Origin: a virus
Taxonomy: Duplodnaviria; Caudoviricetes
DNA length: 64,000 nt
IMG/VR virus record: IMGVR_UViG_2825252539_000001
Coordinates: 88,749-152,748 of that record
Reading direction: 5' to 3' (one strand)
The notes under the pieces were generated by a model. That model searched no databases and was not told the origin of the DNA. It saw only the letters and a list, made by a program, of their open reading frames with translations. The translations under genes and the position numbers were made by a program. How positions within the stretch are numbered: the first letter of the stretch is position 1; every line of letters starts with the position of its first letter. Shown piece after piece: positions 26,097 through 35,566 of this stretch.

Positions 26097-27293
26097 GTGG
26101 ACGAGAGTCCAGACGCCGTCCTGCAACGTTGGCTCGCTGATCTGAGGTCTGGCGATGCAACCCGAATCGCCGATTCTGCCCGAACCTTTGCCGACTCAAA
26201 GAGCGATCCGCTCAAGGACTTCCGATTTACCGTCTGCGACAAGTTCTGGCAGCCAATCGCCGAGATAGGCGACGACATTATGGAGGCCGCGGGGACTGAT
26301 CCCCGCAATAACCTGGGATCGGCCCACCTGAAGATCAAGGGCACCTCGAAATACATCGCGACCTTCCAGAACTGCAAGAACACGATGGTCGGCGTCATCG
26401 TCGAAACAAAGGGCGCCCGATGGGCGTTCTATGTCGATTCGTTCGACTACGAATTCGCCGACGGGGCCTGGACGGGAACGGTCAACCTCACCTCGATCTG
26501 GGACATCCTGAACTATCTGGTCATCTGGCCAGAGTGGTATCTACCGATTCAGGCTCAACCGGTCTCGCACGCAATCTATTTCGGCGGCATGGTGACCTGC
26601 ATTCAGGCAATGGTCGCCGAGCAGGCGCTTCGAATCCAATCCGGTCTCAACGAGTTCATCAACAACCTGCTGTCCGGCAACCTGGACATGCGGTCATGGG
26701 TGGACACGCTACTGCAGAACAACGGCAATCTCAGCTCGATCCTGAAGACGCCTATCTACGTATGTCGAGACAACCCGTTGGCAGACGGTTCGCCCCTACT
26801 GGTGCGTACCGTTCGAATGGAAACGGTCGGCGCTGTCGTCAAGGACATCACCAAACCGTACGGTGTGGACGTTCGCGTTGACCTTTGGATTCCTGGTGAC
26901 CCACAACCGGATCACTGGACCAACACGATCGACTTCTTGAAACTGAATCAGCCCACATACGTTGTGTCGGTCAAGGACCGGTCGCAGATCAAGGGTCCGT
27001 TCGGGAACGTTCTGGACTCGGTCCTGCGCGAGGTCGTGGACCTCGGCGGTTCAATTATCGGCGACATCATCAAGCCGTTGATCAGCAAGGTCCCTGGCAT
27101 GGACGGTGTATTCCGTTCGCCGGCACTGGGTGTGGATTACGTCCCGCCCTGGGCAACGATTGTCGCCCCCGAACCGGGCGAGAAAAGCCCGCTGGTTACG
27201 TGCAAGATTTCAGATCACACGCCCCGCGGTTGGCAACACGTGGTCGGAGGACGATCGCCTGCGTGGGTCGGTGCCCCTTGGCTTAATCGCTAA
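26097..27293 (+). CDS. Minor tail protein, 5' segment
   Basis: FRFTVCDKFWQPI, WPEWYLPIQAQP; ends at a TAA inside a hairpin. Confidence 0.8.
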   Translation: MDESPDAVLQRWLADLRSGDATRIADSARTFADSKSDPLKDFRFTVCDKFWQPIAEIGDDIMEAAGTDPRNNLGSAHLKIKGTSKYIATFQNCKNTMVGVIVETKGARWAFYVDSFDYEFADGAWTGTVNLTSIWDILNYLVIWPEWYLPIQAQPVSHAIYFGGMVTCIQAMVAEQALRIQSGLNEFINNLLSGNLDMRSWVDTLLQNNGNLSSILKTPIYVCRDNPLADGSPLLVRTVRMETVGAVVKDITKPYGVDVRVDLWIPGDPQPDHWTNTIDFLKLNQPTYVVSVKDRSQIKGPFGNVLDSVLREVVDLGGSIIGDIIKPLISKVPGMDGVFRSPALGVDYVPPWATIVAPEPGEKSPLVTCKISDHTPRGWQHVVGGRSPAWVGAPWLNR

Positions 27294-27322
27294 GGGGCAC
27301 CGACCCACAGGGCAATCCATGG
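27263..27322 (+). other. Hairpin insertion (56-nt coding gap) interrupting the minor tail gene
   Basis: 17-bp perfect stem 27263-27279/27292-27308; matched TGG codons at 27264 and 27320. Confidence 0.75.
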
Positions 27323-27865
27323 CTTAACAATCTGATCAATGCCTACTTGAGCTGGCTGATCGACTCGATCTCGATTCTTATCGGAATCACCGGCCTGCCA
27401 AGCAATATGCTCGAAGGCTTCTTGAACAACGCGTTCTTCGCGTTCCAGTTGATCGAGCTATACCAACGTCGAGACGACATGGGTCCATACCACCCATGTA
27501 TCGAGACCTTCACCGCCTCGCCATCCGCGCCATACAACATCGAGACACTGTTCCAGTTCATCAACCTGTTCTGGGATACGCGCGGATACACAAGCGCCAC
27601 CTTCACTTTCCGTAACGGCGAGCCGTACTGGCTCGGCAAGGACTTGTTCCGCGGAGCGTTGGTCGTCCTCGTGTTCATGGGGCGCACCAGGATCTACACC
27701 GACTACATCGAAAACGTCATGTGGCGCGTCTCGCCAAAAGACCGTGACGTCCTCATCCAAGTTGGCGACGGCCGCGCTGAAGAGGCGCCACTCGCTAAGC
27801 ATCAGCGCAACATCACCGGGGCCTTCGAGGCGATCAACGTCATCACATTGGCGCCCCAGAATTAG
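27320..27865 (+). CDS. Minor tail protein, 3' segment
   Basis: Frame is open from WLNNLINAYLSWLIDS; no SD before TTG 27347. Confidence 0.75.
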   Translation, partial: WLNNLINAYLSWLIDSISILIGITGLPSNMLEGFLNNAFFAFQLIELYQRRDDMGPYHPCIETFTASPSAPYNIETLFQFINLFWDTRGYTSATFTFRNGEPYWLGKDLFRGALVVLVFMGRTRIYTDYIENVMWRVSPKDRDVLIQVGDGRAEEAPLAKHQRNITGAFEAINVITLAPQN

Positions 27866-27874
27866 GAGCCGCCC

Positions 27875-28696
27875 ATGAGTTGGCCAAAAACCCCTGATGG
27901 GAAGTACTACCTCTTCGAGGGGATCGTCCGCGTGCCGGTCGACCCCTCGACGGGGGTAGCGCAACTGCTTCTGCGCCCACGAGGGGGCATGTTAATCGGC
28001 GTCCCGCCTGTCGAAAACGGCGAAGACGGCGCCACTCCCACGATCATGGACGAAATCGTTCTGAACGTACTCGATTGGGACGACGAGAACCCCGACGAGG
28101 CGACGTGGACCGAGATCTCGCCGAACACGTATCAGCTGTCGCTCACCCTCCACAAGGGACAGCCCGGGGATTCCGTTGCCGCTCCGATCCTGAGCGCAAC
28201 GGATCTCACTGGCACGCCGACCGCCAAGTATGTTCTGGCGATCAATAATGCCGGCAACGGCGTGGAGATCGTTCCCAACAAGGTGGGGGACCGGTACTTC
28301 CCTGCGACGATCAACTCGATTTCGGCGGGGAACGCGAATGCAACCCTGTGCTCGATCTCGATCGGTCCATTGCCGTTCGACTGGCGGCCGGTGGCATCTG
28401 GGTATTGCGTCATCACCGGCACTGGAGCGGACGTGCAGGTCGACGTCCTTGCACGTCTTGGGAACGAGAGCACGGGGAACATTGTCGGCCGCGGCACCCA
28501 ACGAGCCGGCCAATACCCGGCGACACACATCCTGCAGCCTGGCATTCCGGCCGGTTCAGCGACTGACTATGACAAGGTCAACGCTGGCCAAACCAAGACG
28601 ATCTACTTCCGCGCTGAACGTCAATCCGGTGGCGACACCTTCACGACGTCTAGCACGACCACCCAGTTCCGGGTGGAGGTGCAGCCGATCCCATGA
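27875..28696 (+). CDS. Minor tail protein
   Basis: MSWPKTPDGKYYLFEG; AGGAG SD; synteny. Confidence 0.8.
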   Translation: MSWPKTPDGKYYLFEGIVRVPVDPSTGVAQLLLRPRGGMLIGVPPVENGEDGATPTIMDEIVLNVLDWDDENPDEATWTEISPNTYQLSLTLHKGQPGDSVAAPILSATDLTGTPTAKYVLAINNAGNGVEIVPNKVGDRYFPATINSISAGNANATLCSISIGPLPFDWRPVASGYCVITGTGADVQVDVLARLGNESTGNIVGRGTQRAGQYPATHILQPGIPAGSATDYDKVNAGQTKTIYFRAERQSGGDTFTTSSTTTQFRVEVQPIP

Positions 28697-30582
28697 CCGA
28701 TCTGCCGAACTGGGTAACTGATGTATCCGCCGGCAAGGTCGACCGTCTTCCTCACATCTCAGTCCCGGGACTGAATGATCGGCCACTAGCCCCGGAAATC
28801 ATCAGGCTCGCGACCGAATTCTTAGAGCAGTTCTTACGCAACGTCGTCAGGGCCGTAATGGGCTTCTTCCCGGGTGGGGACACTGCGTTCAACATCCTGT
28901 CCCAGTGGGGCGAGGATCTGCACGACAACATCCAGGGTTTCATTACTCAGCTTAATCAGATCGGCGACATCTTCAACGGTCTGGTCGTGGTTCCGTTCAA
29001 TGCGGCGGTTGCACATGTTGCTGACTGGTTCCAGGAGAACGTCTTTCGAAAGATCAACATCGAGACCCTGTTCTCTGGTGCTGATCTCAGTATCACGCCG
29101 GATGATTTTGAGCCTGGCCTAGCGATCCTTGCCGCGGGTATCGACGGTGCCGGCAAGACGATCTCACAGTTCCTGGACGGACTGCGTAACGCGCTAACTA
29201 TCGGTGCGCCGACATCTGGCGTCACTGTAGATGAGGTCACCTTTGCGGCTTCTGCGATCAAAACCAAAGTTGTCGATACCTCGGACTCGGTGGCCACTGT
29301 CCGCAATCGTGCCGACAAGGTCAAGAACCGGCCGTGGTGGGAGTCGCCTAGCCCTTTCGAAGAGGTTTCGGTTCCGCGGGTTCTGCTGCAGCCGCGGCTT
29401 AACCCGTCGACACTCGTCTACGACAAGCCGGACGTCACACTCGCTGACGGCACGCTGCACCTGATTCCTGTCCGCATGCGGGATAGCCAGGTAATCAATG
29501 AGGTTGGCCTCCTAGTACTGGGGGATGACCCGCCGCCGACTGCACTCTATCTGGGTCTATTCACCGTCGATCCCGTCACGGGCGCTCACGCATTGATCCA
29601 TGACTTCGGTGATGTGAAGGGTGATATCGACACCGGACCAGAGATGTTGTATGAGCAACGATTCCAAACTGGTGTAGACATCCTCGGCCCCGCTGGCGAT
29701 GTGTTCTCGGTTGGAATCCTGCCTATCGGCGACTCGTTCCGTGTCGCGGGCGTGATGCGTGATCAGATCATCACCGCATTCACGCTTTATCCGCAGTCGT
29801 CGACCGAAGTTGTCACCGGTCAGTCTTCAATGCCTACCGATGTGGATGACGCCGATATGGACCATACCTTTGGATACCGGGTTTACGTCTCGGTTGGTCA
29901 AACCTTCACGGACGCACCGGAAGACGAGACGCTTCTCACACTGAATGAGACGTTCAATGTCCCACCAACGAATAGTTGGTCATCCCCGTCATGGGTCCGA
30001 TTCCTCACAGCTAGCGCAAAGCTCTATGTGGACAGTAGTGGGGGAATCCGCGCCGGCACCACGGGTGTCGCTGGCGGTGACTCGACATTCTGGGGCGCAG
30101 GCCTCGCCACGACGAAGCTCAACACTGACGATCAATCAGTCGAACTGACGATTGGCGACAATACCTGGAGCACAGGCGCTTACAACCATGTAACTATGCG
30201 CGGCTACGTCCGATGCAAGTCGGATGGGTCGACCGGTGCGTGTATGCACATCGACAGCAACGGCACCGGAGCCGGACTTGGCCGCGTTCGCATCGCTAAT
30301 ACGACTGCTATGTCCGGGATCGGGACCGTCCGCGCGACGGTGACAGGGCTGACGATCGCGTCAGGTGACCGCTTCCGTCTTGAGGCGGTGGGTGATACCT
30401 ACACGGTCTACCAGAACGACGTTGCCATTCCGGGAGCGACGTGGACCGACACCGGAGGCGCAGTCGTCCCCGTCGGGAAGACTTGGCGCTACGTCGGCTG
30501 GGGCCATGGCGAGCGCACAACGGTCGGCTCCTTTTGGCGCATGGCCGCTCTTGATGAGTGGACCGCGAGGGACGTGGCGTAA
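28693..30582 (+). CDS. Minor tail protein (probable receptor-binding)
   Basis: EQFLRNVVRAV N-terminus; beta-rich C-terminus. Confidence 0.78.
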   Translation: MTDLPNWVTDVSAGKVDRLPHISVPGLNDRPLAPEIIRLATEFLEQFLRNVVRAVMGFFPGGDTAFNILSQWGEDLHDNIQGFITQLNQIGDIFNGLVVVPFNAAVAHVADWFQENVFRKINIETLFSGADLSITPDDFEPGLAILAAGIDGAGKTISQFLDGLRNALTIGAPTSGVTVDEVTFAASAIKTKVVDTSDSVATVRNRADKVKNRPWWESPSPFEEVSVPRVLLQPRLNPSTLVYDKPDVTLADGTLHLIPVRMRDSQVINEVGLLVLGDDPPPTALYLGLFTVDPVTGAHALIHDFGDVKGDIDTGPEMLYEQRFQTGVDILGPAGDVFSVGILPIGDSFRVAGVMRDQIITAFTLYPQSSTEVVTGQSSMPTDVDDADMDHTFGYRVYVSVGQTFTDAPEDETLLTLNETFNVPPTNSWSSPSWVRFLTASAKLYVDSSGGIRAGTTGVAGGDSTFWGAGLATTKLNTDDQSVELTIGDNTWSTGAYNHVTMRGYVRCKSDGSTGACMHIDSNGTGAGLGRVRIANTTAMSGIGTVRATVTGLTIASGDRFRLEAVGDTYTVYQNDVAIPGATWTDTGGAVVPVGKTWRYVGWGHGERTTVGSFWRMAALDEWTARDVA

Positions 30583-30669
30583 CAGCCCCTTCGCGGTCCC
30601 TTCGGGGTGAAAACCCCTCTTACTTAACCCAAATAGCCGGATCTTCCGGCAATGAAAGGTGGACTCTGA

Positions 30670-33177
30670 ATGCCTACCTTGCCTGAAGACCTAACATACT
30701 TCACGGTAACGCGCACCATCTACTCGGCCTCGCCGCTCGTGGCCGACGTCCGGTTCAATGCCCTAGTTTCACGCGATGTCATCATCGCAGAGCTTCCCGA
30801 AGGTCTTCGTGAGATCTTGCTGGAGCCGGTCTACGGCAAGATCGTTGACGGCGTACTCAAGTCTCAAGATGAGAGCGAAGTTGGCGTACAGCTGCTGTCA
30901 GCGGCGGAGATCTCCATATACGGCGAGCTTCGCTGGCAAGCAACGTTTTTCAACTCCAGCGACACCTATCTTTCGCCACTCATCTTTCCGGCATTACCCG
31001 GTGAAGGCACCTTCGATCTGAAGGACGCGGCGGTCGCCACTACCGGTATTCCAGGCGTGGTGACCGGCCCTCGCGGATACTCCTTTGGGGGACTGCAGGC
31101 TACCGAAGACGGCGAACACATCCAGGGGTTGATGTCCACCCCGGCCGGCCCCATTCCAGTAGGCGACCCGGTCCCGATGCTTCCAGGCAGTGAGGGACCG
31201 CCCAATGTTCTGGACATCGGAACGGTCGAGGCCGGCGACGACTTCAACGACGCCGACGCAAACATCACAGGGGAGTCACCCAGTCAACAGCTCAATCTGA
31301 AGCTTCCGCGCGGATTCGGCTTCGCGGGTCTCACACCCGCCGGGGATGGCACTTATGTGCAGGGCCTCGTCGAATCACCCACTGGCCCTGTGCCTGTCGG
31401 CGATCCGGTCGGCGTCTCGATCGCGTACAACTCGACCGTTACTCATGGGACCGATCCAGACGTTGACCGGCCGCCGGTATCCGTGGCGGTGATCTGGATC
31501 GGTAGCGTTGAGCCTAACCAAGCGCTAGCCGGCGATGTGTGGTGGGACACCTCGGGCGTCGCACCGACCATTACGACGACCTCATTGAACGGCATGAATA
31601 AGGACGCCGTCTTCAATCAGATGTTGTACGCGGATGGCACGATTCCGGTCCAGTGGACGAAACTGACCGGCGCCCTCCCGACTGGTGTGAGCCTGTCGAG
31701 CTTGGGTAATCTGTCCGGCACGCCCACGGCAACAGGATCTTTCACGTTTCAGCTTGAAGCGCGCAACCCGTTTGGCGCGGATACCCATAGCTATTCGGTG
31801 ACCGTTGGCTCGGCTATTGCGCCGACCGTCCTCACGGCCGACCTTGGTTCGTTTACGGCCGGCGTCGCCTACGCGCTACAGATGTCGTCCTCGGGCTCAA
31901 CCCCGATCACGTACGACACGACGAGCGGGGCGTTCCCGACCGGCATCACTATGAACAGCTCTGGCCTGATCAGCGGAACGCCAGCATCTACAGGTAGCGG
32001 CACGGTGACAATTCGGGCCACGAACGTTGTTGGCACGAACAGTCATACCTTCAGCTGGACGGTATCCGGCACTGCCCCGACGATCATCGATACCAGCCTT
32101 GGGGCGATGTGGCGCGGATTCGCGTTCTCGAAGACGTTGTCCGCAAGTGGCTCCACTCCGATCACGTACTCGAAGGTGTCCGGTTCGTACCCCTCCGGGG
32201 TCACAATGAACTCCAGTGGGGTGTTCTCTGGAACGCCAGATACGGTCCAGTCCTACAGCTTCGTCGTGAAGGCCACCAACGCCTACGGTGACAGCGCCAA
32301 CGTTACCTTCGCCGACAGCGTATTTGAGTCAACTCCTGTTGTGGCCGAATCAACGCTCGGATCAATGAGTGTTGGCGTTGCTTTCTCCAAGCAGCTCACG
32401 CTTACTTCGGGCGGGCCGACGATCACGTGGACTCAATCGGGCACGCTCCCGGCTGGAATCACCTGGGACGCCGCAACCCATACCCTTAGTGGCACGCCGA
32501 CAACTGCTGGTTCGGGCACGCTGACAATCCGCGCCAGCAATGGTACGGAATACGACGATCAGGTATTTTCCTGGACGGTCGTCGGGCTCCAGTACGAGAA
32601 CACGTGGTCTGCGACCGGAACCTCCAGTCCGCTGACCATCTCTACGAACGCCAGCGCCCATGCACAGGGCATCCTCTTTGTGGCGATCACCGGAAACGTG
32701 GCATCACCCTCCGCAACAGCCACTTACAACGGCGTGTCGATGGACACCCATGGCGCCGTTGTGGACTGCGGTACGTACAACACGTCTTACCGCACGCGTA
32801 TCGCCGTCTTCAAGATGGCCGACCTGGCGGGCGGGGCGAAGAACGTTGTTGTCACACCCGGTGCTGGTGTGACGGGCATTAGTGCATACTTCATCTCGGT
32901 AACGGGTGTCGGCACAGTCGGAGACCTGCAGCCGAAGACGTACACCACCGGAACCAGCCTGTCGCAGACTGTCACCAGTGCAACGGGCCGAATTGTGCTG
33001 CAGTGCTTCTATAACCCGCTGGCAGCGACGATCACCGCCTACAACAAGACCGAAATCGCGCAACTCGGAACTAACCGGTCGCTCGTTGGTCGAACCGATG
33101 GCGCTTCGTCGATCTCGTTTACGGCTACTGGTGGTGGAAGTGGTTACGGCGCAGCTGCGTTGGACCTCGCCGCATGA
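30670..33177 (+). CDS. Tail fibre-like protein with four putative Ig (He_PIG-like) repeats
   Basis: Repeats of PT/V..T.LG....G..F...L..SG..PIT(Y/W)...G..P.G......LSGTP; very Thr/Ser/Gly-rich. Confidence 0.75.
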   Translation: MPTLPEDLTYFTVTRTIYSASPLVADVRFNALVSRDVIIAELPEGLREILLEPVYGKIVDGVLKSQDESEVGVQLLSAAEISIYGELRWQATFFNSSDTYLSPLIFPALPGEGTFDLKDAAVATTGIPGVVTGPRGYSFGGLQATEDGEHIQGLMSTPAGPIPVGDPVPMLPGSEGPPNVLDIGTVEAGDDFNDADANITGESPSQQLNLKLPRGFGFAGLTPAGDGTYVQGLVESPTGPVPVGDPVGVSIAYNSTVTHGTDPDVDRPPVSVAVIWIGSVEPNQALAGDVWWDTSGVAPTITTTSLNGMNKDAVFNQMLYADGTIPVQWTKLTGALPTGVSLSSLGNLSGTPTATGSFTFQLEARNPFGADTHSYSVTVGSAIAPTVLTADLGSFTAGVAYALQMSSSGSTPITYDTTSGAFPTGITMNSSGLISGTPASTGSGTVTIRATNVVGTNSHTFSWTVSGTAPTIIDTSLGAMWRGFAFSKTLSASGSTPITYSKVSGSYPSGVTMNSSGVFSGTPDTVQSYSFVVKATNAYGDSANVTFADSVFESTPVVAESTLGSMSVGVAFSKQLTLTSGGPTITWTQSGTLPAGITWDAATHTLSGTPTTAGSGTLTIRASNGTEYDDQVFSWTVVGLQYENTWSATGTSSPLTISTNASAHAQGILFVAITGNVASPSATATYNGVSMDTHGAVVDCGTYNTSYRTRIAVFKMADLAGGAKNVVVTPGAGVTGISAYFISVTGVGTVGDLQPKTYTTGTSLSQTVTSATGRIVLQCFYNPLAATITAYNKTEIAQLGTNRSLVGRTDGASSISFTATGGGSGYGAAALDLAA

Positions 33178-34370
33178 CGCAGACCTATGCGCTTGATCCG
33201 CTCAAGGTCAAGTTGGCCGCCGGTATCGAGGATTGTGCAATCTTCGGTATCGGCGACTCAACACTGTACGGCTCCATTGATACCGGATGGGCAGACAACT
33301 ACGGGTGGTTTGGTCGATTCGGGAAACTGATCGGCGAGTACTATCGCTACAACGTTGACATCTATGGATATAACACGTCCACGAATGTCTGGGAGCAGCC
33401 GCAGTTTTGGAGCGTCGGCCAGGTAACTGGACCGAGCAAGATCCGAATCTACACCGCACCCGGCTCTGGCCGTCCGACCCTCAAGTTGTACCACGGCGGT
33501 TTCCCCGGCTACACCATAGCGGCGCTGAGTAACGTCATCTCTGGCTATGCGAACTTCAGGGCCAAAATGGCTGAGGCCGACGTGGTCCTCGTCGCAGACT
33601 GGTTGAACGACTACACGCAGAACATCAACAATCTCGCCTCCGCGTTTCAGTCGTTCGTGACGACAAGGGTTCGACCGTATGCGCCGAACGCAACCGTCAT
33701 CATCACGACTGAGAATCCGTCGAACCGAGGTTATGGGCCAACGGGTGTCGCGAACGCGATCCCGCGCGCGTTCTTGAGCGGTATCACGTCGTTGCCGTTG
33801 GTGCCGGGAGTAATCGCCGGCGCATCGTCGTGGCCAAACCTGTTTGTTGCAGACACTCAGCAGGGATATCTGGCGAACTACACCACGAGTGGTCAACTAA
33901 ATCCCGACCTTGTGCACCCCACAGCCGCCGGCTATGCGGCCCAGGCGACGTGGATGTTCCACAATCTTGTTGTCGACCCAAGCGCTGTGCCCAAGATTGT
34001 TACAGCCGACCTCGGGTCGATCATCCGGGGCGTCTACTACGAACTAACGCTAGAGGCCACGGGAGAGGTTGATAGCTGGTCTGTGGTGTCTGGAGCGGTG
34101 CCGCGCGGCATCACGTTCAGTACCAGTACCCACACCCTATCGGGCACGCCGACCGCGTTCGGTGCGGACTACGACCTGACGATTGGTGTCGTAGGGCCGT
34201 ACGGCTCCGACGAGAAGCGGTACACGGGCATCGTCGCATCCAACGGATTCCCGTTCGCCCCAGTTACGGTGTCACGGCATCGCTTCAAGGCGTTGGGCAC
34301 ATGGTATGCGGCGAGTTGCAAGCTCAAGCGTTCCAATGGTTCCTGGGTTCCGACTCGGTCGAGGAATTAG
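33174..34370 (+). CDS. SGNH/GDSL hydrolase with a C-terminal Ig-like domain
   Basis: IGDST block I, GFPG block II, LND block III, DLVHP block V. Confidence 0.75.
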   Translation: MTQTYALDPLKVKLAAGIEDCAIFGIGDSTLYGSIDTGWADNYGWFGRFGKLIGEYYRYNVDIYGYNTSTNVWEQPQFWSVGQVTGPSKIRIYTAPGSGRPTLKLYHGGFPGYTIAALSNVISGYANFRAKMAEADVVLVADWLNDYTQNINNLASAFQSFVTTRVRPYAPNATVIITTENPSNRGYGPTGVANAIPRAFLSGITSLPLVPGVIAGASSWPNLFVADTQQGYLANYTTSGQLNPDLVHPTAAGYAAQATWMFHNLVVDPSAVPKIVTADLGSIIRGVYYELTLEATGEVDSWSVVSGAVPRGITFSTSTHTLSGTPTAFGADYDLTIGVVGPYGSDEKRYTGIVASNGFPFAPVTVSRHRFKALGTWYAASCKLKRSNGSWVPTRSRN

Positions 34371-35440
34371 CGTCCGGTCAGCTGGTCCGCAATGATGGCC
34401 CTATCAGCCGCGGCCGTTGGGATGAACGGATACGCCATCCAACCGTGGATCTCGCCATAGCGGAGGATGAACGTAAAGTTCGTTAGCCCCAACGCTGTCG
34501 CATCGTCACGCAGGCGAAGCGTCTGGGGCGAGAGTCGGTCACTCGAACTCGACCAGACGTACGTCGTCGGCAATCCCTCAAGCGACCCGTTGATCGGGCT
34601 CACCAAAGGGTTGGACGGGTCGAGATTGCCAGCCCACTGCAGGCCGGCGCTTCTCAAGGACCCGACACTCAGCAATTCGTCGTGAGTCGTCAGGCTCGCG
34701 GGGTCGCTCACTGTCGCGTCCAACCATGGCGAGGCGAGAACCATACGAGCGGGGACGGCGGACCCGGCAAGCACAAGCTGTTGCACAGCAGCTAACGCCA
34801 GTCCGCCCCCCGCCGACTCCCCGAGGATGCTGACGTTGTCCGCTCCGCGGGCGACGATCGTCTCCGAGATCAGGTTCGCAACCTTGGGCACGACGGTAGC
34901 CGCAGTCTCCTTGGGCGCTAGCGGATACACCGGAACGATGACGGTGGCTCCGGTGTCCCGAGCGATATCCGAGTAAGTAATCCAGTTGATGTTGCCGATT
35001 TCGCCGATGTAGGCACCGCCATGGAGCGCGATGATCTCTTGATCTGAGGTCGAGTTTTTGGGCTCCAGGACGTACACCGGCATGCCGTCGGACTCGGTTT
35101 TCGTAACCGTTAGGCCCTTGGTCGCGAACGGCGGCGGAGTGGCGGAGTTCAGGCCGGGGATCGCGGTGGTGATCGTCCAGATCCGGAATAGCGCCACTTC
35201 CAGCGCATGATTAGGCGGGTTTCCGCTATACGGCGAAGTGTCGACCGGAGGTTTAGTCCTTGGTTGACGCTTGCTATGCCCGACGCCACCCGAGGGCTTG
35301 GCCGACGCGTGATGAGCCTGTGTAGTGCCGGCGCTGTCATCGGCGTGTGCAGCACCGATGCCGAAAATCGCTGCATAAACGCCCAGCGCGCCGATACCGA
35401 CACCCACCGAGACACGCACGCTCACGCAGGCAACCCCCAA
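34367..35440 (-). CDS. Secreted alpha/beta-hydrolase (HSL-family esterase/lipase)
   Basis: Signal-like N-terminus ending AAHAD; HGGAY, GESAGG, SPWLD, HGW; exact start uncertain. Confidence 0.85.
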   Translation of the reverse strand: MGVACVSVRVSVGVGIGALGVYAAIFGIGAAHADDSAGTTQAHHASAKPSGGVGHSKRQPRTKPPVDTSPYSGNPPNHALEVALFRIWTITTAIPGLNSATPPPFATKGLTVTKTESDGMPVYVLEPKNSTSDQEIIALHGGAYIGEIGNINWITYSDIARDTGATVIVPVYPLAPKETAATVVPKVANLISETIVARGADNVSILGESAGGGLALAAVQQLVLAGSAVPARMVLASPWLDATVSDPASLTTHDELLSVGSLRSAGLQWAGNLDPSNPLVSPINGSLEGLPTTYVWSSSSDRLSPQTLRLRDDATALGLTNFTFILRYGEIHGWMAYPFIPTAAADRAIIADQLTGR

Positions 35441-35566
35441 TCCGATTCGACCCGATTCTAGCGGGCTCTTCGGACCCTGGGGAGGGGTTTCAGCAAATTT
35501 TCATCGCGACCTCGACCCGTCCATTGACGCGCGGGTTTGTTCGCCATGCCTATAGGAGTCTTTTAC

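Noticed and set aside
27267-27310. The insert begins with GT and contains ...CAG, like a spliceosomal intron
   Set aside because: Bacteria have no spliceosome; a short GT/AG match is expected by chance
30585-30650. Small hairpins between minor tail genes
   Set aside because: Stems are short, with no U-tract or recurring motif
35524-35556. TTGACG as the -35 of a lysis promoter
   Set aside because: No -10 hexamer at 16-18 bp spacing
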